Below, piece after piece: positions 45,442-60,842 of a stretch of 64,000 nt of DNA; position 1 is the stretch's first letter; the number at the start of each line of letters is the position of its first letter. The position numbers were made by a program, and so were the translations under genes. Source of the DNA: Octopus vulgaris (lineage: Eukaryota); the NCBI GenBank assembly GCA_951406725.2, contig OX597814.1:100130001-100194000 (forward strand), given 5' to 3'. A model generated the notes under the pieces. That model was not told where the DNA came from. It made no database searches and saw only the letters and a program-made list of their open reading frames with translations.

Positions 45442-45840
45442 AGGGGGCGAGCTAGTGGAATCGTCAGCACGCCGGGCGAAATGCTTAGTGGTATTTAGTC
45501 TGTCTTTACGTTCTGAGTTCAAATTCCGCCGAGGTCGATTTTGCCTTTCATCCTTTCGGGGTCGATAAATTAAGTACCAGTTACGCACTGGGGTAGATAT
45601 AATCGACTTAATCCGTTTGTCTGTCGTTGTTTGTCCCTTCTGTGTTTAGCCCCTTGTGGGTAATAAAGAAATAGGTATTTAGTCTGTCTTTGCGTTCTGT
45701 GTTCAAATTCCGCCGAGGTCGACTTTACCTTTCATCCTTTCGGGGGTCGATAAATTAAGTACCAGGTGCGAACTGGGGTAGATCTAATCGACTGGCTCCC
45801 TCTCCCCAAAATTTAGGGCATTGTGCCTATATTAGAAAAG
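45442..45840 (+). mobile_element. Dimeric head-D SINE with 17-bp TSD
   Basis: TSD aatatggtttcacacaa at 45425-45441 and 45841-45857. Two tandem bodies carry different tails. Confidence 0.9.
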
Positions 45841-47175
45841 AATATGGTTTCACACAAGACCGGCTGCCATCATAGCTCTACCTCTACCATCATAACCACT
45901 ACTGCCAACGACACCACCACCACCACAATCGACGCCACTACCACCCCTATCATCATCATCATCGTCGTCGTCGTTGTCATTCTCACCGTTATCATCTTCA
46001 TCATCATTACCGGTATGCATATGTGTATACACGGACGCAAAGAAACAAAAATATATCTTTATTTGATTATAGCAACAACAAAGCAAATTTCGAAAGTATC
46101 GATAAAAGTATTTTTAAAATATCTGATTCCACATTTATTGTTAGTTCTTTATTTAGTTAATGTTAACTATGTTAATCGCTTGAATCCGCAATTACGCTTT
46201 TCGATGGAATCTTACCCAAGAAAGCACAAAAGCGGGCGGCCACATACTTTTGTGTTCATACACACACGACGTGCTTCTTTCAGTTTCCGTCTGCCAAATC
46301 AACTCATAAGTCATTGGTCGACTCGAGGCTATACTAGACGACACTTGCTCAAGGTGTCACGAAGTGGGACTGAACCCACAACCATGTGATTGAGAAGCTT
46401 CTTTTCACACAGCTGCGCCAATTGCCGTGTTTGTGGCTCTGATCAACTCACAGCACCCAAAAGGCTACAAATCTGTTTCATAAGAATCTACATCTGTAAG
46501 TTTACATTGCGAAACTAAATATCCGTAGTCTTGGAGATTATTTCAACAAATTATTTCACATTGTTGGCGTTGCACTCATACGTAATTTAGGTAGACCAAA
46601 CTAGTCCTGTCCGTGTTTGTGCATACTATACGTAGCGACCTGCTACTATTATTCTCTCTTATCAGAAAATACTTTACATCAGGAAGTCTGAAACTGTATC
46701 TTTGCCTAAAGTACATGTGCATAACTTTAGTTTATATTTATCATTATGTATATATAAAAACACACGTAAATATCAGGGACGTGCCGCCTAGATAGGCAAG
46801 GTGGCACTGCCTACCTTGAATAATATAGATCGATAGCAACATTTTCCTCTCATGGCAAATTATGCACCTAATTCAACTAAATTATGAAGGTTAGTCTGAT
46901 AATGTTTTATTTTTTTGTAGATTAGGTGCACAATTCGCCCCTGTTTTTCAATCTCAGTATTTAAGCTACGCATAGTACTGCTGTAGTACACGTGTTGCGT
47001 ACACTTCTACAACATCATTTTCTTTACGTGCTATAAAGGCAGAAATGAATCCACCTTCAACTCAGTCGCGCGCCTGTTTCGCTTATTTTTGTGTGTGTTT
47101 TACTACATAAAGGTCGCTAACTGCCTACCCTTAGTAATTACTGACGACACGTGCCTGGCTGGTAAATATGCACAT

Positions 47176-47224
<49 letters not shown>

Positions 47225-49045
47225 TGTGTGTTTGTATGTGTGGTGATATGTTGTGTGCAATGACGTGTTTGGGAATAACCCTGAATATATGAAGTGATGG
47301 GTAATTACGAGAAAGTCAATTCGTATCTTGTATTACTGATATAGTTTATTGCCCTTTCAAAAAAGTGTTATGGTATTATAGTACCTGTTTCATACTGTGG
47401 CTTGTATGTTTTTACGCACACACTTGTGGGTTCATACTTTTGTGCATACATACATATGTGTAAAGCCATATACATATTTACACACACCTATATGTGTGTG
47501 CGTATTTGTGACTGTTATCACGCATCCATTTCAAACTCTATACTCATTTTTTAAAATTCTCTGTCTTTGCTCGTTCTCTCTCTTTCCCTTTCTCTCTTTC
47601 TCTTGCTCTTTTTCTCTTTCTGTCTTCCTTTCTCTCTCTCTCTCTCTCTCTCTTCTCTCACTCTCCTCTCATCTATGTCTCTCTTATGCACAGTCACCGA
47701 TTAACTTAATATTCTACACAGGTGAGATTTTATTGTCATTTATTGATTCGTCCTGCATCTTGAAACTGTGCTATGTTTCTAAACCTATTTTTGTTATTTG
47801 TGGTACATATGTATGTACCTACCTACCAACCTACCTACCTACATATATATATACATACATACATATATACTTACATACATGCACACATACATACAAATAT
47901 AAAAACATACATACTTGTATGTATATACATACGTATATGTATGTATGTATGTATGTTTTATTGAAGAACTCTAAGACCTCCTCTGTATCAATAGACAGTT
48001 CGATATATTGAATCACGACATTTTGTTACCTTTCGCACTGAACAGATATCGTTTTAGACAAATGTGTAACGGTTAAACTCATTCCGAGACCATCTTTGAT
48101 TTTATATTTTATATTTTATATCTACCTGATATCAATATAGCAACCTCGGTGTTTCTTTGTCGAACTTTTGTCGGAACCTGAGCTGGCTAGCAAACCGCTG
48201 CTACGACTGCCTAAGAAATTACCATTTCCCATTTCTTTTTGGACAGATTAGAAAAGTAAGAATTCTCAACAGCTTTGCCGGCTGGCGAAAAAGTATCACC
48301 TTTCTAAACAGCTGATTTCATTGAGCCAATCATCGATATCTTCATCTTGGACGGCCGCCAGTTTGCAGGTCAAACTGTTAACCTGTGAGTCGTACGAGGA
48401 AATCCTGTAAGGTAGAGTCCGATCAATCGACCAGTATTCCAGCCATGCAGCTTTCTGTTCGTTGTAACTTAACAGGACGGACAGCAGAAATTGCATTTAT
48501 TTAGCAGCATTTATTTAGCAGCAATTCTTGCAGCTTAAATCCTCTTACAGTGGTGTGGGGTTCGGGTTAGATGTTGAGTCAGAAATTTGCTATCAACACA
48601 TATAAGTTGAAATATTTCGACCAGCAAGCCAAAGTCTCTACCTACATTCTACTCCTCCCCTCTTGCACTTAAACATTCTTATTTTCTCTCTCTCAATCTT
48701 TATCTCTATTTCTTCCGTTAACTTTAACTTGTTTTTGATCATGTTATCCATTCATTTGCTTACTGCTTCATTTGTTAACTCCCTCGCTTCCTCGCAGTTT
48801 CACACTAACAATGATTCGACTATTACTTGCTTGATTTGTTTGTTGAATCGATCACCATTATATTAAACACGTACCTTCATCTCGCATTACAAATACACAC
48901 TTATCGTTGATTATATGCAAATATAATTACATACGCACATATCTATGTATATGTTTGTGGATGTAGGCATGTATGTACATTTCGATGCATGTATGTATAT
49001 ACAAACGCACTTATATGCACGTGCGCGAGCACACACAAATATATA

Positions 49046-49092
<47 letters not shown>

Positions 49093-50131
49093 GCATCTCT
49101 CTCTATTCATCTCACTCTTTATTTTATATATACATGTGTGTGTGTCTGTATAGAGGAGTCCATGTTGTACACACCTATGTACATACCTTTGCATATGTAC
49201 GTACATGTTTGCATATTCTCCGTACACACACACAAACACACACACACACATACACACAAAGAAACAGAAAGAAAAGGGAAAGAAATAAGGAGTGAGAAAG
49301 ATGCATACATATACTTCCCACTCACTCTTTTTGTCACTATTTCTATCTCTTCTCCGTTCTATTTCTAAGTGCCAATCTGTTAGTAACTCCCAAATCCCTT
49401 TCTGACTCAATTATTCATAGCTTCTATCAAATGTCACTCTGTCATTATATCCAGCTTATACTTCCATCTTGACAAACCACCAAATAACAAACAACTCACC
49501 TCTTACAAATTTCTTAGGAGCCGAACAAGTTACAATTTGCAGAATTGCTGAATTGATGCTGACGAGAGATAGGATTTGTTTTGCCAAGACGAACGTTAGC
49601 TTTCATAAAACTACGACCCCAATATTGAACTGGTACTAATATCTATCGATCCTACAGGGATGAAAGACAAAGTTGACTGCAATTTATTTAAACACCTAGT
49701 GCCTGACTGACGACACAAATTCAGCAAACATTTTGCCCGACGTTCTAGTTATTCTGCCAATTGGCAAAGACTTCAATGGATGGAACATGTTAATTTTTTC
49801 CGTGCGTATGAAGAACATTTGCCATCCTAGGAACAGCTCTCATTTGGAGGAATTAAAAAGTAGCACTAATACGAAATTATGAAAATTGCATATTAGCTGA
49901 GACGGTAAAAGTGTTAAGTCTGTCGTAATAAGCAAGAAATGCCAACTATTAAAGGAGCAACGCCACTTACCGGTGCCCCAGTATGGTCACAGCTTTTGAG
50001 TTGAAATTAATGAAATAATAAAGAATATACCAACTCTGGTTGTCAAGATGTGGGGTGGAGACAAACCCAAACATACAAATGCGTGTGTGTGTGTGTGTGT
50101 GTGTGTATGTACTCAGTGATACATATATGGA

Positions 50132-50482
50132 AATGGACGTCAGAACACTGTTCCAAAAGTCCCAATTGTATCATCTAGGGCGAGGACCATGTACTGCAAT
50201 AGCTTGGGATTCAAGCGATCACAGCTATTTAACTTCTTACCAAAACATCTGAGGGATCGCCTTTGGAGTGAGATAGATATTTTCAAGAAACAACTTGACT
50301 TCTTACTATCCAAGATCCTCGATGAACCAATATCAAGGCAGGAAACTCAAAAGAGGGAAGCGATATCGAACTCCCTCCTCCAGCAAAAGTCAAACCCATG
50401 GAACTGGCCAATTAAAAGGTGATTAGAATGGCGGTGCCCTAGCATGGCCGCAGCCTCAAGGCCCAAACATATAAAAGAATAT
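50132..50482 (+). mobile_element. CR1-group LINE 3' fragment (ORF2 C-terminus + 3' tail)
   Basis: Reads VPKVP...YCNSLGFKRSQLFNFLPKHLRD...IFKKQLDFLLSKILDEP...SNSLLQQ, which resembles the LFNxLP/FKxxLD C-terminal motifs of CR1-type ORF2. It is followed by the tail ggcggtgccctagcatggccgcag. The clade call is from memory of motifs. Confidence 0.7.
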
Positions 50483-50520
50483 ATATATATATTACTCTGT
50501 GTGTGCATGTGTGTCCGTCC

Positions 50521-50660
<140 letters not shown>

Positions 50661-51131
50661 AAGCTTCTTCAAATTTCCCCTCTACTATATTCACCCAGGT
50701 GGCATTGGTCAGTCCGGGGTTACAGAAGGGCACACATACTTAACGTGCTGCGGAGTGGAACTAAACCGGAAACCACATGACTGCAGAGGCAGCTTCTTAA
50801 CCACACATACATAACAAGTCGACTGTAACCAGATTGGAGGAAATTTTAACCCTTTGTTAAATCAATAAATTAATTTTCTTCGACTTTTAACGCTACAATC
50901 TTTTGTTATTGTTTTTTTTTACTTCCTACTCTCTTTTCTGTCCGTTTCTAATTATTTATTTAATTATTGTTTGCGTACAATTATATTTGTTTTTGTTTTA
51001 TTTTTGTCTTGATGTTTTATGTCTGTCTTTATTAAGTTCTGGGCTTTCTTTTTGTTTCATTTATGCTATGATTCTTAAACAGATTTGTGTATACGTATTT
51101 GATGATGTGTGCGCGCGCGTGTGTTTCTACG

Positions 51132-51183
<52 letters not shown>

Positions 51184-51453
51184 TCTGTCCTTTTTTTTTT
51201 ACTGTATTTCAAAAGAAAATTAATTTGCAGCTAATGTTATTCCTTAACGACAATTCACATTCACTTGTTGGATCGATAGACTTTAAACGATATCGTACGT
51301 CAGATGTACACATGACTGGTAATGGAGAAAAACGAAGAAACAAAGACATGCGGATACAGACTACGTGCAGCTTTTGGCAGCATACATATACATATACACA
51401 TTAAGAACATTCCAGCATCACAAAATGACGCACACACACACATACTTACATGC

Positions 51454-51597
<144 letters not shown>

Positions 51598-51624
51598 ATA
51601 AATATATATATATATAGATAGATA

Positions 51625-51655
<31 letters not shown>

Positions 51656-52762
51656 AGTGTTGATTTTATTTTAAGTTTAATATATATATATATATATACA
51701 AACATATATGTGTGTGCGTATGTGTGTGATGGGTGTATGTATGTGTGTGAAAGAGAGAAAGAGAGTGATAGAAAGAGTGGGAGAGAGTGAGAGAGAGAGA
51801 ACGAGAGAGACAGACAGATAAATTCATAGATAGATAGACAGATACATACACACACACACGCGCACACATATAAAAACATATATATTGATATCTGCACACG
51901 CACATGCACGTATGTATGAATGTATGTATGCGTGAGTGTGTATACTCGCATTTTACAGTCTTACACCCAAAAGCATACACTGACCTGAGACGCACATTTC
52001 ACGCAAATTATGGCCACCATAAACATATCACCTGCAGAACACTGCACACTTCATCTTGTTTACATTAAACACTCAACACTATATTGATTTACGCACACGC
52101 CTTACAATACATACACACACATATACACATATAGAAATAAATAAATACACAAATATATAATCACTTCTATCTTCCAAACTCAGAATCTTCTTACAAACAT
52201 ACACAAATTTAACAAACAACAAAGAGAAGAAATAAATATTAAAAAAAATAATTAAAGCAAATTTTCAGAAAAAATAAATGATTAAATAAACATAAATATT
52301 TATAAATATATATATATACACATAAAACTAACAAAGCCACAAAATATAAAGAATAAGCACTGTTAAATGAATAAACAATTGCTTTATTCTGATTCTTTGT
52401 TTTAAATTTTCTTTTCTAATTCGTGTTGTTACTGGTGTTAAAAACAGCTCTGTATTCTCTTTGTTTACGGTGTATATATATATACAAACACACGCACATA
52501 CACATGTGTGTGTGTGTGTTATTTTTAATTTTCACAACATTTTTTGAAATTTCTGTTATTTCATAATTGATTTTTTTTTTTGCGTTAGTAATTTAAAAGG
52601 AATCAAAATTTTCAATCGCCATGTTGATTCAAAAGCTTCAAAGAGAAAACTTAAAATAAAATCAACACTATCACACACGCGCAAGCATACGGAGATTCAA
52701 TCAAACTCACAAACACACACGCACACACACTTTTCTATGCTATCGAGTGTGAGGTGTGCGTA

Positions 52763-52804
<42 letters not shown>

Positions 52805-54074
52805 TATATATATTTGTGTGTGTGTGAGTGTATATATATGTATGTATATATATATATATATATAGAGAGAGATAAACATATACACATATACGCACATACA
52901 CATACACACATATATGTCACAAATGAAGTGTAAATACATTAAAGGAAAAACAATCTTTTTTAGTTTGTAATATTTTCTTCCTTCTAATTATTATTAGCAC
53001 AATTAACCTGTAATTTCCCCGTTAGTTATATTATTAATAATCATACACTTTAGGAAATTGACTGTTATTGAGTAAACGTTATCTATCTGATAGTCAAAAA
53101 AACAGTTTAGTATTTTACGTTAAACTCATCGTAAAGACATTAACACGACTAATTCTAACTGGAATGGAATAAATATTATAAACTCATGTTTCTACATTTC
53201 CTAACTTACCAGATACCGTCTTTGATTAATCAAATATGCTAATGAGTAGAATAAGTGGCAAAGATCTGAAGTGTCGTTTTACAAGGACAATATTCTGGTT
53301 TCAGATTTGGCTGAAAACTGTTCACTTTGCTGAAATATCAAAATGCTTTTAAAGGACATGTTAACCTATTGACTCATCTGTATTTCTTGTTTGATACATG
53401 GGACATATTTCAATGGTGTCTATGCATCATATATGATAAGCATCTCCATTTTTTTCTTTCAGTCACCAAAGTAACTTAGGACTTATGAAAGGAAAGCTTT
53501 ATCTTACTAAGAACGTATGAAACAAGAGATAACTATGAGTTTGAAAACAAATATGGACGCTTAGGGGAAACGTACGAAAATGTGCAGAACTTATAATAAT
53601 TTTGTAACTTATTTTCTAACTAATTAATAATTAATGAATAATATATAGATAGCTTTTGTGTCTCTTACAGACAGTTTAATGTATTAGAATTGATAATTTT
53701 AGACTACAATTAGAATACAAAAAGTCAAGATGATGTAATTCAGATATTAGAAATGCGCGTTCATGGAAAGCGTGCACCTATGTTCCAACAATTTTATGTT
53801 TAAAACTCTATGTTAGAATTTTGCTCAATTTCACTTTTTTCTGCAATAAATCAACATTTTCGTTTGGGTAATGTTTCACTTTCTCAGTTGTAGAAACTAT
53901 TTCCCAATTGATTTGTATTTTATCTACTTTTAAAAAGTGTTGAACATTTTGTGCGTTGGCTATTTACGCTTAAAATGGCATAAAACTGAAATCAGAAAGA
54001 TTTCCATCTTTGAAAGCTGATTTAATTAATAGGTAATTTCAAAACTCACCCATCCACACACTTGTGTATGTATG

Positions 54075-54121
<47 letters not shown>

Positions 54122-54122
54122 G

Positions 54123-54289
<167 letters not shown>

Positions 54290-54759
54290 TGCTGTTTGGT
54301 CAACCGCCGCTTACAATTAGCTTAAATCACGCAGAGTTGGTTCCCTTTCACGTTTAAATGGTCCGATGACATTTTGGAATAGCACCGGTTATGTTTCTTT
54401 TAGGAATTTCACACAATAGGTGAAGAACGGTAACACGGCCGTGGGTCATTTATCGGAAATCAGATAATGTTTCACCTATTGCTTGCTGGGAAAATCCAAG
54501 TACTGTATATGAGGGTTCCATGATTGTATAATATATATTTATGCATGTGTATGTTTGTGCAAGTGAGTGTGTATTATACATAATAGGTATATAATAAATT
54601 TGCTCAAAGAAATAACCCTATTTAGACGCTCTGACCGACCAAGTTACAAACTCGTGATTTAAATTTAAAAGAAAACTCGAGTAACTGTAATTAGAGGTTT
54701 GATGTGTGTATGAGAACATAAATATTTATACGTATATGGATATATACGTATATATATGT

Positions 54760-54805
<46 letters not shown>

Positions 54806-57199
54806 AAAGAAAGCGTATGTGTTTGTTAGAGACAGAGAGAGTGTGTGTGTGCATGTGTGTGCGTGGGAGTGCAGAGGGAGGGAGAAAGAAAGAGAGAAGA
54901 GAGTGATTTTACATATATAATTTAGTTCTTTAGTAGAAAAACCAAACGATTAAATGAATAAATATGTCAAATTATGAACAAGAGAAACCCGATGCTAAAC
55001 AACAACAGTAACAGCATCAACATAAAAGAAAAAGAAACTTTAAAAAACTATATAATCACAGAGTTAAATGATCCATCTTCATCAAGAACGTATTAAGTTC
55101 AGTTTATTTATGAATCATATATTTAGATATTTATTACTCACTGTGAACAATCATTTCGCTAATATCATTACGCTTCCATTTTCTATCAATTAAGTTGTTC
55201 AACACATTATTTCTTATAACCACATATAGTGTGAGTAGTTTTAGTAAATAGATTAAGTTTTTTCATGGACTTTACTTGCGCTTCAGGCACACCCTAGCTT
55301 ACGTAGAAAAAGAGGAGGCAAAGCTTTAAGATTATGTGTAGGTGGGAGTGTTGGAGTGAGGTGCTTTTATGATATACGGTGCCATGTGTCAGAAATGAAA
55401 TCATTTTTTATAAACGTATAAAAAAAAACGACGATATAACATACATACACACACACGTATATGCACACATTCACATTCACATATAAATACATATTTATGT
55501 ACTTTTGTATTTATGTTTGTATATATATGTATTTATGTGCGTATGTATATATATATATGTATGTGTGTACATACGTACAGCCACACGCGTACATATGTAC
55601 ATATACATGCACATATAAATTCAAGAGAAGAAAGTACTCAATATATATGGTGGATTCTATTTATAAATTCGAGTTTAACGCGTCACTTAAATTGTCACTT
55701 CGAGTTTCTCTTTTCCGTTCTTCGCCAAGTGCAATGGAGACATGATGTGATCATGCAGTACGACAGCTTGAATTGAATTGCGAGGGACAGAGAAGATACA
55801 GGTAAAAATTGGACAAACGGCAAATAGAAGAAACAAGAATTAAGAATAAAGATGTAAGTAGCAGGAACGATAGGGAACATTTGCTTAAAAGAACGAATAA
55901 AAATGCAAGAAATGGTTCTAGAAGGTATCGAACGACGAAGCTAAAGCTAAAAAAAAAGAATAGGAATTGTTAATCAAGAAAGAATGCAAAATACGAATGA
56001 TAGTGATAGGTAAGAATTTTTTACGCAAACCAGAATAGGAAAACAGCCAAGAAAAGAAAACATGGCCGAAGGGAATAGAAAGGGTTTCCTAGAAATTAAT
56101 CAAAGGATTATGAAGGAAATCACAGAATAATATAACCGAATGGGATATGTTTATGGCTGCCACTCTACCACAAAATGTGCTGTGGAATTTGCGAGGATAC
56201 TGCATATATGATAAAAGATTATATATAAACATAAGCGAACACAAGCAAGCGTGCATATATATATATATGAAAATACAGAGATTGGATTCAAGTTTTTTTG
56301 TTTCTTATTTTCCGGAGAGAAATGATTAGGTACTGAGTGAAAAGCCTTTATAGTTACGTCGCGACACGTATCGTTATTTATACAGCTTCGCTTCAAATCA
56401 TCAGAGGAATAATTTTTAATTTCAAAATATGAATGAATTTTTGTATAAGAATATCCTATTTCCTGTGCCGAGTACATAAAGAGCTACACAGAAGCCCTCA
56501 CATTGGACCATGGCGATAGTGTTACTGTTGTTGTTGGTGGTGATGGTATTGTTTAACCTCAGTTCAACTCTGATGAAACAAGCTTATCATAAATGACATT
56601 CCAAATATGACCGTTCCATTTAATGTCTTTCTACGGGGCAGCATTACCTAATAAATTCCGTCCCTATATAAAACAGAGGTGTATGATTTGAGAATGTTTG
56701 GCTGTTACAATAGCAGATCAAGCGACCAAGTAGGGGCAATTTAATATTTTTCCTAATGTTTTACTGTTAAGATAGATTAGTTCTTAGTCCTTTTCGAGCC
56801 TATTTCTGTAGTCAAATATATTTCAACCTTGGGTTATATAATGTAAGATATTTTGAAGTTATGCTGCAATATATCCAGCTATTTTCTCTACAACTGAGAG
56901 CGATCACTTCTTACAGTGTGGCATCCTCTGAGCTCTTGATACAAATACTGATGATGCTCTTCTTATCATTAATACTCTTCTTGCATTCGCGAGTTATAAG
57001 ATATAATGAGCTGTTAGTATATCCAGCGCCAAAATCCATTCTCGATGTCTTTCCTTCCTCTGGAACACCACATCCATGAACATTGGTGCAAACAATTGTG
57101 AATTCCAATGCAGTTAAAAAATACCATTCCATGTTATTGAGAAAAGTGAAATGGTATTTATATTAGCCTTATCGCTAATCGGAGTTTCTTCATTCATCT

Positions 57200-57545
57200 A
57201 CAATCTTCAGGCATTTTACTGCGGTCATGCTGGGGTATCTCATAGAAGAATTTTTGGTGGAATCAATTGATTCCAGTAATCATTTTTATTAAAAGCCTGG
57301 AACTTATTCTATCGGTTTCTTTTGCCAAACCGCTCACTTAAAAAACGGTTGTCAAGCTCTGCTGGCAGACAAACACACAGATACAAACATAGACATGTAT
57401 ATATACGACGGTCTTCTTTTTGTTTCCGTCTACCAAATTCATTCGCAAGGCTACAGAAGACACTTGTCCAAGATGCCTTGCAGTGGGACTGAACCCAGAA
57501 CCATGTAGTTAGTAAGAAAACTTCTTACTACACAGCCACGACTAC
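57200..57545 (-). mobile_element. Family C SINE, degenerate
   Basis: The plus strand shows cttattctatcggtttcttttgcc and gtttccgtctaccaaattc...cagtgggactgaaccc. Confidence 0.75.
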
Positions 57546-57605
57546 AGACGCATTATAGGTAGGATGAATAAAAACTCATAGTGAGCGATAAATATAACTG
57601 AATAT

Positions 57606-57753
57606 ATACAATTTACAAAACAGCTAATAATAGCTTCATATTTTAGAGATACATGAAATTGGCAGATTTATATAACATGACATCTCCAATCAGTTTCTCA
57701 GCGTCAATGTCTCTAAAGCATGAAACTATTAGCAGCTCTTTGGCAAATTGTAT
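57606..57753. mobile_element. Old MITE-like inverted repeat
   Basis: 44-bp arms (57606-57649 and 57710-57753) are 36/44 reverse-complement identical, with TA-like termini. Confidence 0.6.
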
Positions 57754-57791
57754 GTGCATACATACATACATATATAGGGAACCTTAGTTAT

Positions 57792-57870
57792 GGCCGGTTT
57801 ACAGGGTAACTCAGGATTTCGTGTTCATAAGCGCTTAGTATTACACACGTCTCGTCAGACCCTAACGGCC
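57792..57870 (-). ncRNA. Candidate (imperfect) type I hammerhead ribozyme, possibly in a Penelope-like or retrozyme remnant
   Basis: The minus strand has CTGACGA and GAAA core boxes in type I order. They are closed by stem I (agggt/accct, then ggccg/cggcc after an internal loop). The stem II junction and stem III are irregular. Confidence 0.4.
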
Positions 57871-57954
57871 GGTGGCAATTGAACCAGCCTTAACTAACAT
57901 TCTCTAAATGCTCTATAATTTAGAGTGCTTTTCTTTCGGATTTATGATTTACTG

Positions 57955-58300
<346 letters not shown>

Positions 58301-58409
58301 AATATATATATATATATACATACATAGATATACACATATATATATACATATATATATACATATATATATATATATTTACGTACATACATATATACATGCA
58401 TACATATAG

Positions 58410-58488
<79 letters not shown>

Positions 58489-59073
58489 GTGTGCTACAAG
58501 TGTGATTATGTCTGTATTTGACAGTAGTAAAGAGTGTGCGATCTCTGCAGCAATATGTTTGCCCGTATTTCTGTTTATTGTACGAGTATGTATATGTAAA
58601 GAGATTACTTGTGCGCCAAAACTGCAGGCTAATATATATTTCTTAAACTGAATTATTATCGCCCCAAGTGATTTTGAAATAAAATATATTCCCTTTATGC
58701 CAACAGACCTTTTCTTTTAGTGATTTTATTTTTCCTATGATATCTGATATACAGTCCAATTCTACTGCATCAAGTGAGTGAATAAAAATGAGAGAGATTG
58801 AATAAAATAAGAGACAAAAAGTGCAGATGTTGACGTCAACCCAGCAGTAAGTCTTGGTGGAAAATTTCGAACTGAATGGTAAATTTGCTAGCCTGGGACG
58901 TTTTCAGAAATAAATCAAACATAACTACCATACATGACATGACACATAACATCGACGACTAGAGTTCTGTTGTTATATGAGATAGAGACACAGAGGCATA
59001 GAGACACTCCTGCACACAAGCTATATACGAACATATACATACATACATACACACAGACACACAGACACACACA

Positions 59074-59117
<44 letters not shown>

Positions 59118-59194
59118 CATATATGTATGTACTTAAAGTTAACAAATCTGCCTTTGTTTCGATCGATCACATAAATAAATATATAAATAAATAA

Positions 59195-59233
<39 letters not shown>

Positions 59234-59664
59234 TGTGTATACATATATACGTACACACACATATTAATATGCATATATATAAACATATATAAATGCGTAT
59301 ATATACACACACATGCATATACACATATACTTATATATATATATATACATATATATACACGTATAAGTATCTGTGTGTATGTATGTGTATACACATATAA
59401 TAATTGTAGATCATTATAGTTAGGAATAAGATTATAAAGATGTGTGTGTGTGTGTATGTGTTAAATGTTATGTCTAAAAGAAAAGCTGTTCCCCATTTTA
59501 CACAAAAAACATACGGAAGACAATCAGAAAGTAAACAGGTATATATGCACACATACATATAAACACGTATGGAGACACAGATGAATATAGGTATGTATAT
59601 TTATATATATATATATGTATATTTATGTGTGTGTGTATAAATATATATATTATATATATATCTG

Positions 59665-59742
<78 letters not shown>

Positions 59743-60029
59743 TGAATATATATATATAGATAAATATATATATATATATATACATAAATATATACACACA
59801 TATGTATATATCCGTCTCTGTGTCTGCGTGTATATGTGTGTGAGTGTGTGTATGCCTTGCATATATTAATTAGTAGTTATATTATATTATATTTTAAAAT
59901 AATAATGGGGAAAAATTGGACATTAAACAGATTAATATCAATTTATAACCAGTGGTCTAGGATATAAAAATCTGAAGATTCAGAAAAATGATATTAAATA
60001 CATATAATAATATTACATGCATTATATGC

Positions 60030-60096
<67 letters not shown>

Positions 60097-60098
60097 GG

Positions 60099-60132
<34 letters not shown>

Positions 60133-60169
60133 TGTATGTATAGAGAGAGAGATAAATAGACAGACAGAT

Positions 60170-60212
<43 letters not shown>

Positions 60213-60768
60213 TAAAGTGAGGGAGTGAGACAGAGAGGCGGTGTTCTTGGGGATTATCGTTTGCCCGCTTTCAGTAAAGGTATTTCATGCTAGTTTGGAG
60301 CGTTATATTCTATGAATGTGTTTTCTGCTGTAACAAATTGTTGCCATCTTTGAGCTTCCTATTTTGAAGAAAATATATGCCTATGTCCAAACACCCACAC
60401 CCCATACACACATACACCTGATACCAAACCATCACTGTCTGTTACGCAGTATCACATATTTACGTTTTGCTTTTTCCTTCGGTGCTAATGTATTTACGAA
60501 CACAACTTGGAACCTTCTCGGCTGAACAAATCCTGAGCGATTGGAGGCAGGATGGAGAGTAAAGAGCCCTCCAACTTCATAAGATTGGTACTCATCTTTG
60601 TTCAACTTGACTGAAGCAAGTTAATACAATGTGCACTTCTAAAGAAAGGAAGGTACTTGTCTCAAAATCGAACTCAAGGTCCTTTGATCGTTAGGCAAAC
60701 AACTGAACTACTAGGAGACATATCCACATACACACATAGACTCATATATATATACATATATATGTATC

Positions 60769-60842
<74 letters not shown>

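Noticed and set aside
53209-53330. Apparent minus-strand exon (tttcag|...ctg|gtaagt) as the missing Irx exon
   Set aside because: The frames I checked contain stops and show no resemblance to Irx N-termini.
56861-57132. Two short overlapping ORFs
   Set aside because: No recognisable domain. At most a highly decayed LINE remnant.
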